Virus record (IMG/VR): IMGVR_UViG_3300016667_000411
Coordinates: 1 to 57,195 of that record
Reading direction: 5' to 3' (one strand)
Source of the DNA: a virus
Taxonomy: Duplodnaviria > Caudoviricetes
DNA length: 57,195 nt
The translations under genes and the position numbers were made by a program. Below are positions 45,462 to 53,723 of this stretch, piece after piece. The notes beneath the pieces were generated by a model. That model saw only the letters and a program-made list of their open reading frames with translations. It was not told the DNA's origin and searched no databases. Every line of letters starts with the position of its first letter. Position 1 is the stretch's first letter.

Positions 45462-45881
45462 ATGCTACTTGAAAACCCCATCAGCCTTTCCTACGACTCA
45501 CTTGATGACGCGTTCCCTGCGGTCGATCCTGGCATAGTCCCCTTTGGCAGCCGCGTCATGGTTCAAATTCGTAGGGCCAAGGACCGCACGAAATCCGGCA
45601 TCTTCATCCCTGAAGAGGCCCGCAAGACAGAAGCCAGCAACACCCAGGTCGCCAAGGTCGCGGCCATTGGACCGTTGGCTTACAAGAATCGGAACACCAT
45701 GGAGTCCTGGCCCGAGGGCAACTGGTGCAAGATCGGGGACTTCGTCCGCACCCCGAAATATGGCGGCGATCGCTGGACTGTCAAGTTCAACGACGAGGAG
45801 ATTGAGTTCGTGATCTTCAACGACCTGGACATCATTGGCAAGGTCACAGCAGATCCGACCACGATCAGGGCATTCATCTAA
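45462..45881 (+). CDS. groES: GroES-like co-chaperonin
   Basis: 'PFGSRVMVQ...TKSGIFIP...KVAAIGP...GDFV...KYGG...NDLDIIG'. Confidence 0.88.
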   Translation: MLLENPISLSYDSLDDAFPAVDPGIVPFGSRVMVQIRRAKDRTKSGIFIPEEARKTEASNTQVAKVAAIGPLAYKNRNTMESWPEGNWCKIGDFVRTPKYGGDRWTVKFNDEEIEFVIFNDLDIIGKVTADPTTIRAFI

Positions 45882-45900
45882 CTGCTGAAAGGAGCAGGCA

Positions 45901-46872
45901 ATGGCAGAAAAACAAGGAGAGACTCTCCTCATCGAGGACGACGAAGACCAACAGAAAGGCAAGCCTCAGGACGTCGAGTTCGTACCTGTCGAGACTAGCG
46001 ACAAGGACCGAGACGACGACCATGAAGACGACGATGGAGAGGATACTCGGCTGTCGGAAGACAACGAGGACCGCGAGGAACTCCGTCGCAAGCGCCGTGA
46101 AGAGAAGCGTGAGCGTGCCGAGCGCCGCAAAGAGGCAATTGCTCGGGACAAGAAAGAGCTCGACTTCCTGAGGCAGCGCAACGAGGACCTCGAGAAGCGG
46201 ATGATGGCGGTCGAGAAGACCACCGTCCACAATGTCATCTCGAACATCGATGTCCGGCTCAACGAGAAGCTGGCCGAAATCCGTGCCGCAGAAAGAATCA
46301 TGGCTCAGGCCGTCGAAGCCGGCAACGGCGAAGACGTGGCCAAGGCCCTGCGGATCCGTGACGAGGCCATGAAGCAGGCTCAGCAGCTGCAGGTCATGAA
46401 GCACCGGCAGACCGAGCAGGCCAAGCAGATCCAAGAGCGACCAGCAGCTCCAGACCGCGAGATCGCGAACTACGCGAAAGAGTGGGTGGACAAGAACCCC
46501 TGGTACGATCCAAATGCACGGACTGAAGAATCCAAAATCGTTCTTGCAATCGATCAAACCCTCGTGGAAGAAGGCTATAATCCAAAATCAGAGGAGTATT
46601 GGCAAGAGCTGGACAAGCGTGTTGCCAAACGCCTGCCACACGTAAAAGGAGGCGGGGACAATGACGATGGCTATTCTCGTGGGGGTCGCAAGGGCCCGCC
46701 TGTTGGTTCAACCAGGGACCAAACGCCGCCGTCTTCCCGCCAACAAGTCTACATCTCCCCAGAACGGAAGCAAGCCATGATTGATGCTGGCGTCTGGGAA
46801 GATCCCGTCCTACGTCAACGCTACTTGAAACAGTACGCGAAGTGGGACCGTGAAAACAATTCAACTCGCTGA
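45901..46872 (+). CDS. Putative capsid scaffolding protein
   Basis: Acidic N-terminus, coiled coil, 'WVDKNPWY'; upstream of the capsid genes. Confidence 0.7.
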   Translation: MAEKQGETLLIEDDEDQQKGKPQDVEFVPVETSDKDRDDDHEDDDGEDTRLSEDNEDREELRRKRREEKRERAERRKEAIARDKKELDFLRQRNEDLEKRMMAVEKTTVHNVISNIDVRLNEKLAEIRAAERIMAQAVEAGNGEDVAKALRIRDEAMKQAQQLQVMKHRQTEQAKQIQERPAAPDREIANYAKEWVDKNPWYDPNARTEESKIVLAIDQTLVEEGYNPKSEEYWQELDKRVAKRLPHVKGGGDNDDGYSRGGRKGPPVGSTRDQTPPSSRQQVYISPERKQAMIDAGVWEDPVLRQRYLKQYAKWDRENNSTR

Positions 46873-46885
46873 AAGGAGTGAGAAA

Positions 46886-47419
46886 ATGACTGATGAAAGA
46901 TTGAAACGAACCGCTGACGTCTCGCGACAGTCTCGAGCAGCCACTGATCGTGCAGTGACTGAGAACCGCGCTATCAGCGACGACGACCGCGTTGAGATGT
47001 TCAGATCTCAATTCTTTCAGGACGCGCTTCCTGATCTACCGAAGTTGCCCGGATACCACACCTGCTGGTTGACGACCACTAACCCCCGCGATTCCATTCA
47101 ACAGCGAATTCGCCTGGGGTACGAACCCATTAAACCCGAAGACGTGCCTGGCTGGGAGTACATCACCGTCAAGACAGGCGAATGGACGGGGTTCATTGGC
47201 GTCAACGAGATGCTGGCCTTCAAACTGCCAATGCCGCTGTATCAGCGCTACATGGCTGAAGCCCACCATGATGCTCCAGCACGTGAAGACGAAAAGCTCA
47301 CGGCCGTTCTTGATTCCATCAAGGACCAGGCTGCAGCAGCTGGTGGTCGAATCATCGAGGGCGATGGTATGCAGGACTTGCGCAACAACCCCCATCGTGG
47401 AGTCTTCGAAGAATCCTGA
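46886..47419 (+). CDS. Conserved head-module protein (177 aa)
   Basis: AAGGAG RBS; 'PGYHTCW...GYEP'. Confidence 0.7.
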   Translation: MTDERLKRTADVSRQSRAATDRAVTENRAISDDDRVEMFRSQFFQDALPDLPKLPGYHTCWLTTTNPRDSIQQRIRLGYEPIKPEDVPGWEYITVKTGEWTGFIGVNEMLAFKLPMPLYQRYMAEAHHDAPAREDEKLTAVLDSIKDQAAAAGGRIIEGDGMQDLRNNPHRGVFEES

Positions 47420-47454
47420 TGGGATCCGCCCATTCTCTTATGAGGAACTGACAA

Positions 47455-48018
47455 ATGTCTTCTACCAGTGCACCCTTTGGCTTCCAGCCGGTGTACCACG
47501 CAAGTGGTTTCGTCCGGCCAGCAGCCTTCACGCTGGCGAACAATGCTGCAGTCACTCTGTTGCTCAACCAGCCTGTCAAGATCAGCTCTGACGGCGTGGT
47601 GGTACCAGCGACTGTTGGCGACCCGTTCGTCGGCACTTTCCAAGGCGTTGAATTCACCGATGGCGATGGCCGTCGTCGTGTTTCCAACAAGTTTCTGGCC
47701 AACACGCCAGCGACCGACATCACGGCCTACATCACCATTGACCCCACGATCGTTTACCAGATCCAGGCCAATGGCAGTGTGAACGTGACCAACATCGGCA
47801 ACCAATTCGACTTCGGCAACATCACCTCGGGTAGCACCGTGACTGGTTTGAGCCAAGCTGTGTTGGACACCGCTTCGGTCGTCACTTCAGGCAGCACCGC
47901 CCAAATGCGCGTTATCGGTATCACTCCTGGTCCCGACAACAACTGGGGCGATGCGTTCACCATTGTTCAGGTGCAGATTTCCGAGCACCAGAACGTGGCC
48001 ACCATCAACGCTTACTAA
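47455..48018 (+). CDS. Putative capsid decoration/cement protein
   Basis: 'APFGFQPV...GTFQGVEF...DPTIVYQIQ'; directly upstream of the major capsid gene. Confidence 0.6.
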   Translation: MSSTSAPFGFQPVYHASGFVRPAAFTLANNAAVTLLLNQPVKISSDGVVVPATVGDPFVGTFQGVEFTDGDGRRRVSNKFLANTPATDITAYITIDPTIVYQIQANGSVNVTNIGNQFDFGNITSGSTVTGLSQAVLDTASVVTSGSTAQMRVIGITPGPDNNWGDAFTIVQVQISEHQNVATINAY

Positions 48019-48030
48019 GGAGGCTAAAAA

Positions 48031-48945
48031 ATGGCTGTCCCAATGCGCAGTACGGACTTTCGGTCCATTGTTGAGCCCATCCTTAACGAAGAGTTCGATG
48101 GCCTCTATGACCAGCGCGCCGATGAATGGAAGCAAGTATTCAACGAGCGTCAAGGTATCCCCCGCAACTACCACGAAGAGCCCGTGCTCTACGGTTTTGG
48201 TGCGGCTCCTGAACTTCCTGACGGCATGCCGGTCACCTACCAATCCGGTGGTGTCCTGTTCAATGCTCGCTACGTCTACAAGGTCTATGGTCTGGCTTTC
48301 GCCCTGACCAAGGTCCTCGTGGAAGACGGCGATCACATTGCCATCGGTCAGACCTACGCCAAGCACTTGGCTCAGTCGCTGATCGAGACCAAGGAAACTC
48401 TGTGCGCCAACATCCTGAACCGTGCCTTCAACGGCTCGTACACCGGTGGTGACGGCGTGTCGCTCGTGAATACGGCGCACCCGATCGCTTCTGGCACGTT
48501 CAGCAACCAGCTGACCACTGCTGCCAACCTGTCGCAGACCTCTCTGGAACAGATGCTGATCCAGATTCGTCAAGCTGTTGACAACAACGGCAAGCGCATC
48601 CGCCTGACTCCCGAAAAGCTGGTCGTGAGCCCAGCCAACGTGTTCCAGGCCGAAGTGCTGCTGAAGTCTGTCCTGCGTGCAGGTACTGGCAACAACGACA
48701 TCAACCCCATCAAGTCGATGGGCATGTTGGGTGGCGGCCAAGCTAACCTGTCTCGTCTGACTTCGAACACCGCTTGGTGGGTGAAGACCGACGCGAAGGT
48801 CGGCCTGCAGCTGATGATGCGTCGCAAGCTCGAGAAGAGCATGGAAGGTGATTTCGAAACCGACTCCATGCGCTACAAGGCGACCGAGCGTTACATCCCA
48901 GGCTGGACTGATCCACGTACCGTGTACGGTACCCCGGGTCTGTAA
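48031..48945 (+). CDS. Major capsid protein
   Basis: 304 aa; 'GFGAAP', 'GGDGVSL...HP', 'EGDFETDSMRYKATERY..GW.DPR'; strong RBS and a downstream hairpin. Confidence 0.88.
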   Translation: MAVPMRSTDFRSIVEPILNEEFDGLYDQRADEWKQVFNERQGIPRNYHEEPVLYGFGAAPELPDGMPVTYQSGGVLFNARYVYKVYGLAFALTKVLVEDGDHIAIGQTYAKHLAQSLIETKETLCANILNRAFNGSYTGGDGVSLVNTAHPIASGTFSNQLTTAANLSQTSLEQMLIQIRQAVDNNGKRIRLTPEKLVVSPANVFQAEVLLKSVLRAGTGNNDINPIKSMGMLGGGQANLSRLTSNTAWWVKTDAKVGLQLMMRRKLEKSMEGDFETDSMRYKATERYIPGWTDPRTVYGTPGL

Positions 48946-48952
48946 GCCCAAA

Positions 48953-48985
48953 CGGGGAATCGGCTTCGGTCGGTTCCCCGATTTT
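48953..48985 (+). terminator. Putative intrinsic terminator after the capsid gene
   Basis: CGGGGAATCGGC-TTCG-GTCGGTTCCCCG followed by ATTTT. Confidence 0.75.
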
Positions 48986-49020
48986 CCAACCTTTGTCAAG
49001 CTTTTCAAGGAGAAGACAAA

Positions 49021-49767
49021 ATGCCTCAATTTTCCGATGACCTCTTCCTGGGTACTGCCATCACTGAGATGGGCATGACCATTCAGGGCGACCCCTCGCC
49101 GATGTCTCAAGGCGTGGGCCCTCTTGGCCGCATCTACGTCTGGGACGTGGTTCCGCTGACCAAGCAAACCAACAACATCTCTGCTGCCGCCTCGTATGCA
49201 GGTGCTGGCAGTGCAACTCTTGCTGCTGGAACCGGCACGACCGCCGTGACCCTGGCCAACGGCCAAGCAGCCATTCAGCTCGACTGCCCTCGTGCAGTGA
49301 GCATCACCATCGGTGCTGGCACCATCACTGACCGGGCTGTGACCATCAGCGGTTTTGACGTCTACGGCCAAGCCATGTCTGAAGTGATTCAGACCGGCAC
49401 GACTCAGTCGACCACCGTGAACGGCAAGAAGGCCTTCTTCCAAGTGACCGGTGCAACTGTTGCTGGAGCCGTGGGTGGTACCGTTGCCATTGGCACCACG
49501 GACATCCTGGGTTCGCCTGTTCGCATCACTGATGCAGGCTACATCGCTCGCAGCGGTTGGGCCGGCGCACTGGCTGATGACGCAGGCACCTTTGTTGCTG
49601 CAGTGACCACCACGGCCACTACGACCAGCGGTGATGTGCGTGGCACCTACGTGCCGTCGTCTGCACCTAACGGCACCCGCCGCTTGGTGATGGGCATCCT
49701 GCTGCCAGCTCTTGCAACCGGTCCGAATGCTACTCGTACGGGCGCCTTGGGTGTAACCCAGGCTTGA
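49021..49767 (+). CDS. Virion structural protein
   Basis: T/A/G-rich; 'ATTTSGDVRGTY.PS'. Confidence 0.7.
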   Translation: MPQFSDDLFLGTAITEMGMTIQGDPSPMSQGVGPLGRIYVWDVVPLTKQTNNISAAASYAGAGSATLAAGTGTTAVTLANGQAAIQLDCPRAVSITIGAGTITDRAVTISGFDVYGQAMSEVIQTGTTQSTTVNGKKAFFQVTGATVAGAVGGTVAIGTTDILGSPVRITDAGYIARSGWAGALADDAGTFVAAVTTTATTTSGDVRGTYVPSSAPNGTRRLVMGILLPALATGPNATRTGALGVTQA

Positions 49768-49773
49768 TGAACT

Positions 49774-49797
49774 GCCGGGGCCAGTCCCCGGCTTTCT
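49774..49797 (+). terminator. Possible terminator
   Basis: GCCGGGG-CCAGT-CCCCGGC followed by TTTCT. Confidence 0.55.
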
Positions 49798-49814
49798 AAC
49801 CATAGGAGAAAAGC

Positions 49815-50435
49815 ATGAGACCAATTCAGATCATCACGCCGAGCTTTGCTGCGGCCGTCACCGACTCGGTGGCTGCTGCTCAAACGCTTGGTGCTGCTGG
49901 CGACCTCACTCTGGTCTCGCCCACCGTGACGCTGGATCCTCCTTGCTACGTGACCATCACTTCAGTCGGCGACGAAACCGGCGTGAACTTCACAGTCACT
50001 GGCACTGGACCATCTGGCCAAACTCAAAGCGAGACGCTTGCTGGCGGCAACGCTGGCACGGTCACGACTGACCTGACGTTTGCAACGATCACCTCGATCA
50101 GTGCAGACGCGGCCACGTCTGACGACGTCGAAGTCGGCAACGCCCAATCTGGCTACAGCGCCTGGATGCCTCTTGACATCTACACGCCGAACCAGGTGAC
50201 CAGCATCTCTGCCTCTGTCAACGGCACCGTGGACTACTCGATTGAGTACACCAACGAGGACCCGTTCGACAACAGCTTTGTGCATCAGGCCGTTGCCCAT
50301 CCTGACTCGACCTTCACGACTTGCGCAGTTGACCACACGGCGTTCACCACGACGCTGATGAGGGCTGTTCGCTACGTCATCAACTCTGGCGATGGCACGA
50401 TTCGTCTGACCATCACCCAACAGTCGACGGCGTAA
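49815..50435 (+). CDS. Virion structural protein
   Basis: Thr-rich beta-type sequence; AGGAG RBS. Confidence 0.7.
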   Translation: MRPIQIITPSFAAAVTDSVAAAQTLGAAGDLTLVSPTVTLDPPCYVTITSVGDETGVNFTVTGTGPSGQTQSETLAGGNAGTVTTDLTFATITSISADAATSDDVEVGNAQSGYSAWMPLDIYTPNQVTSISASVNGTVDYSIEYTNEDPFDNSFVHQAVAHPDSTFTTCAVDHTAFTTTLMRAVRYVINSGDGTIRLTITQQSTA

Positions 50436-50437
50436 CC

Positions 50438-50998
50438 ATGGCAAACGTCAAGATCACAGACCTCACGGCAGGCACAACGCTCGTCGGTACCGAACTGTTC
50501 GAAGCGGTTCAGTCCGCTGGCTCAGTCAAGCTCTCGTCAGACCAGATCAAGTTCTTCTGCAACGAAGACCCCACGCTGGTCATCAGCGACAACGCGACCA
50601 ACACCCCGTCAACAGCGGTGGTGTTGCAGCACACGTCGTCTGCTGTGGTAGCTCCTGGCATCGGCGTGCGTCTTGACTTCGAGTGCCAGACGGCATCATC
50701 TAACAACGAGATCGGGGCTCGCATCGAGGCCGTGGCGACTAACGTCACCTCTGGCACCGAAGCATTTGACCTGATCATCAAGCTGATGACCGGCGGCGCT
50801 CTGCCAACAGAAGCTGCCAAGCTCACGAGCACGGGTGTCTTGTCCATCACTGGCGACCGGATGATTGTGGCTGATACCCACACGCCGGCTTCAGCCAATG
50901 ATCCTGGGACGGCCGGCACGATTTGCTGGGACAGCAACTACATCTACGTCTGCATTGCGACCGACACCTGGAAACGGGTGGGGATCGGCACATGGTAA
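50438..50998 (+). CDS. Fibre-like structural protein
   Basis: 'ANVKITDL' N-terminus; C-terminal 'GTICWDSNYIYVCIATDTWKR'. Confidence 0.65.
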   Translation: MANVKITDLTAGTTLVGTELFEAVQSAGSVKLSSDQIKFFCNEDPTLVISDNATNTPSTAVVLQHTSSAVVAPGIGVRLDFECQTASSNNEIGARIEAVATNVTSGTEAFDLIIKLMTGGALPTEAAKLTSTGVLSITGDRMIVADTHTPASANDPGTAGTICWDSNYIYVCIATDTWKRVGIGTW

Positions 50999-51303
50999 AC
51001 GACCACAAGTTCGGCAAGAACGGTCAGACCGTGTTCGTGGCCAAGGGTGGAGCTGTCTGGGCCCGCAAGGAAGGACAAAATCCCAAGGGCGGGTTGAACC
51101 AGAAGGGCCGAGATGCCTACAACAGGCAGACAGGCGGCAATCTCAAGCCGCCTGTCTCTGCCAAGCAAGCAGCAAAGAGCCCCAAAGCTGCAGGCCGCCG
51201 CGACAGTTTCTGCGCGCGGATGTCCGGCATGCCGGGTCCAATGAAAGACGACAAGGGCCGGCCAACTCGGAAGGCCCTTGCGCTCAAAAAGTGGGATTGC
51301 TGA
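50992..51303 (+). CDS. Basic conserved phage protein (DUF6321-like)
   Basis: 'NPKGGLNQKGR...SFCARM...ALKKWDC'. Confidence 0.7.
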   Translation: MVNDHKFGKNGQTVFVAKGGAVWARKEGQNPKGGLNQKGRDAYNRQTGGNLKPPVSAKQAAKSPKAAGRRDSFCARMSGMPGPMKDDKGRPTRKALALKKWDC

Positions 51304-51304
51304 C

Positions 51305-51502
51305 ATGATCGGACAAAAAATGGCCTTCAAGCGTGGAGGCAAAGTAAAAGCACCTTGGGATAAGCCAAGGCCAAAGGACCTGCCAGCCTCAAAACCTCTC
51401 TCGCCTGCTGCAAAAGCTGGCGCCAAGGCAGCCGCAAAAGCAGCCGGACGCCCCTATCCCAATCTCGTTGACAACATGCGGGCAGCCGCGAAGAGGAAAT
51501 GA
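51305..51502 (+). CDS. Small basic conserved phage protein (65 aa)
   Basis: 'AGRPYPNLVDNM'. Confidence 0.7.
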   Translation: MIGQKMAFKRGGKVKAPWDKPRPKDLPASKPLSPAAKAGAKAAAKAAGRPYPNLVDNMRAAAKRK

Positions 51503-51503
51503 C

Positions 51504-52373
51504 ATGGGAAAATCACTGAAATACGGCGAGTTTTCGTTCGCTGCGCCAAAACAGCGTCCAACCACTGGCTCCTACAGGTCCACCAAGGGCATCTCGAAGG
51601 CCACCTATGACCAGCCGCATGCCATGAAGGCTGGCGGTTATGCCAAGGGCGGTGCAAAAAGCGCCCCTAAGTCCGTCAAGCGTGAGCCGGAAGCCATCGT
51701 CCGCAAGGAAGTGGCCCTCCTGAAGAAGGCAGGGGCCCCAAAGGCCATCGTCGAGCACGAAGTGCGTGAAATGAAGGCCCCCGCCGAGATGAAAAAGGGC
51801 GGAAAGGCCTGCTACGCTGAAGGCGGCAAGGTCAAGATGCAGAAAAAGGTCGGCAAGGTCATGTCCGAGTTCAAGGAGGGCACCCTCCACTCAGGCAAAG
51901 AGGGCCCGGTGGTCAAAAACCCCAAGCAGGCCATTGCAATTGCCTTGTCCGAGGGCCGAAAAGCAGTGAAAAAGGCCGGTGGCGGTCAAGTCGCTGCCCA
52001 GGGATTGGCCAGAATGCAAAAAGACGAGGCAAATGAGGACGTCCTGTCCGAACTGAGCCGGAAGTACGGTTCTGCCATCACCGAAGGCGAACGGGCAAAG
52101 GCCACCCAGGGCGTTCGTGAGATGGACATGATCAGGAAGGCCCAACAGGCTGATCAGGCTGTTCGTCAAAAGTCCAGAATGATGGAAACCGAAGAACAGT
52201 CCCGCATGAAAGGTCCTCAGAACTACGCAACAGGCGGTTCCGTTGAGTCCAAGCTGAAAAAGCATGCCAGCATGCCGGCCAGCCAAGCTCATGGTCCAGG
52301 AGCTGCTGCGAAGCTCAAGAAGGGTGGCGTGCCGACGTTCTCGAAGGTACCAAAAATTGGACAGATGAAGTAA
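51504..52373 (+). CDS. Lys-rich protein with repeated GG motifs and a DUF6496-like segment
   Basis: 'KVMSEFKEGTLHSG...KQAIAIALSE'; several xxxGG motifs. Confidence 0.7.
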   Translation: MGKSLKYGEFSFAAPKQRPTTGSYRSTKGISKATYDQPHAMKAGGYAKGGAKSAPKSVKREPEAIVRKEVALLKKAGAPKAIVEHEVREMKAPAEMKKGGKACYAEGGKVKMQKKVGKVMSEFKEGTLHSGKEGPVVKNPKQAIAIALSEGRKAVKKAGGGQVAAQGLARMQKDEANEDVLSELSRKYGSAITEGERAKATQGVREMDMIRKAQQADQAVRQKSRMMETEEQSRMKGPQNYATGGSVESKLKKHASMPASQAHGPGAAAKLKKGGVPTFSKVPKIGQMK

Positions 52374-52440
52374 AATTCAAGCAACCATACCGGGTCTGCC
52401 GAATCGGCACACCGATTTCAACTAACAAGGAGCAGGTCCG

Positions 52441-53427
52441 GTGGCAACTTCAGGCACTGTAAGTCAGACGGTTTTCAACACACGCAAGGTCGTTGACCAT
52501 GCGTTCCGTCGTTGCCGTCTGCCGCCTGAGGGCGTTGGCTCGGAGCAGCTTCAGGTTGCTCTTGAGCTTCTCTATCTGATCTTGAGCGGTTTGGCCAATC
52601 GAGGCCTGCAGCTCTGGTGCATTGAGCGCTACCTGATGCCGTTGTACACGGCTCAGGGCCTGATCGAGATGCCAGAAGGCATCGTTGACATCCTCAACAC
52701 CAATCTTCGCACTCTCCAGCAGGTCAGCGGCACCACGACTCAAACGTCGACCGCCGTGACGACCCAGTTCAGCACCCAGACCCAAGTCACCAACATCGGC
52801 GTGCTCTGGTCTGGCGCTTCGACCTCCGTTGTCTTCGAAACATCTCCAGATGGCTCCACCTGGACCCAGGTTGGATCCGAGAGCAACCCGAATGCGTCAG
52901 CCAATACCTACACATGGTATGACATAGAAGGGTCCCTAGCGACCCTCTATTTCAGGGTGCGATCCACTTCAGGCAACTTGAACGCCACCAACGTCTTCTT
53001 GGGCAACACGCCCACAGAGATTCCGATGGCGCGCCTGAACCGCGACGACTACGTGAACCTGCCCAACAAGCAGTTTCAGGGCCGTCCTCTGCAGTTCTGG
53101 GTGAACCGCCAGCTGAACAACCCCATCCTGTATCTGTGGCCTGTGCCGTCAGACCAGTTCACGACAGCCCAAGTGGTTGTCTGGGTCAAGCGGTACATCA
53201 TGGACGTGGGCACGTTGACCCAGGAGATTGAGGTTCCGCAGCGCTGGTATGACGCCATCGTGTACGTGCTGGCCTCTCGCCTTGCTGAAGAGATTCCGAC
53301 GGTCGATCCGCAGATGATCTCTATTCTGGACCAGAAGGCGCAACGTGCTCTGCTTGAAGCCGAGAACGAGGAGCGCGACGACAGTCCGATCTACCTGACA
53401 CCCAACATTGCGGTCTACACACGATGA
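52441..53427 (+). CDS. Virion structural protein (adaptor-like)
   Basis: AAGGAG upstream; 'ATSGT', 'ANRGLQLW', 'LPNK..QGRP.QFW' and 'LYLWPVP'. Confidence 0.7.
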   Translation: MATSGTVSQTVFNTRKVVDHAFRRCRLPPEGVGSEQLQVALELLYLILSGLANRGLQLWCIERYLMPLYTAQGLIEMPEGIVDILNTNLRTLQQVSGTTTQTSTAVTTQFSTQTQVTNIGVLWSGASTSVVFETSPDGSTWTQVGSESNPNASANTYTWYDIEGSLATLYFRVRSTSGNLNATNVFLGNTPTEIPMARLNRDDYVNLPNKQFQGRPLQFWVNRQLNNPILYLWPVPSDQFTTAQVVVWVKRYIMDVGTLTQEIEVPQRWYDAIVYVLASRLAEEIPTVDPQMISILDQKAQRALLEAENEERDDSPIYLTPNIAVYTR

Positions 53428-53723
53428 GCATCTGGCTTGACACACGCGGCAACACCACGCTGGGCATCGGCGTGTGCGATCGCTGCCGCCGGAAGATGTC
53501 GCTGGACGCCCTGTATTCGGACCCGAACTCTCCAGGCCTTCGCGTTTGCAAGGACGACCTTGACGTGCTGGACCCGTACCGCTTGCCTGCTCGTCAGCCC
53601 GACCAAATTACCCTGCCCTTCGTCAGGCCAGATGCTCCGATTGGCACCAATCCGGCTGGCTTGATCACGGAAGACGGCAACGACTTCCTGATCGGCAACA
53701 ACGATGAGTACCTGACGCCATGA
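53424..53723 (+). CDS. Conserved small protein with CxxC...C
   Basis: 'CDRC...GLRVC...D...RPD'; ATGA overlaps. Confidence 0.7.
   Translation: MSIWLDTRGNTTLGIGVCDRCRRKMSLDALYSDPNSPGLRVCKDDLDVLDPYRLPARQPDQITLPFVRPDAPIGTNPAGLITEDGNDFLIGNNDEYLTP

Noticed and set aside
47887-49824. 645 aa minus-strand ORF
   Set aside because: Antisense to the major capsid gene and the next structural gene; no RBS or recognisable domain.
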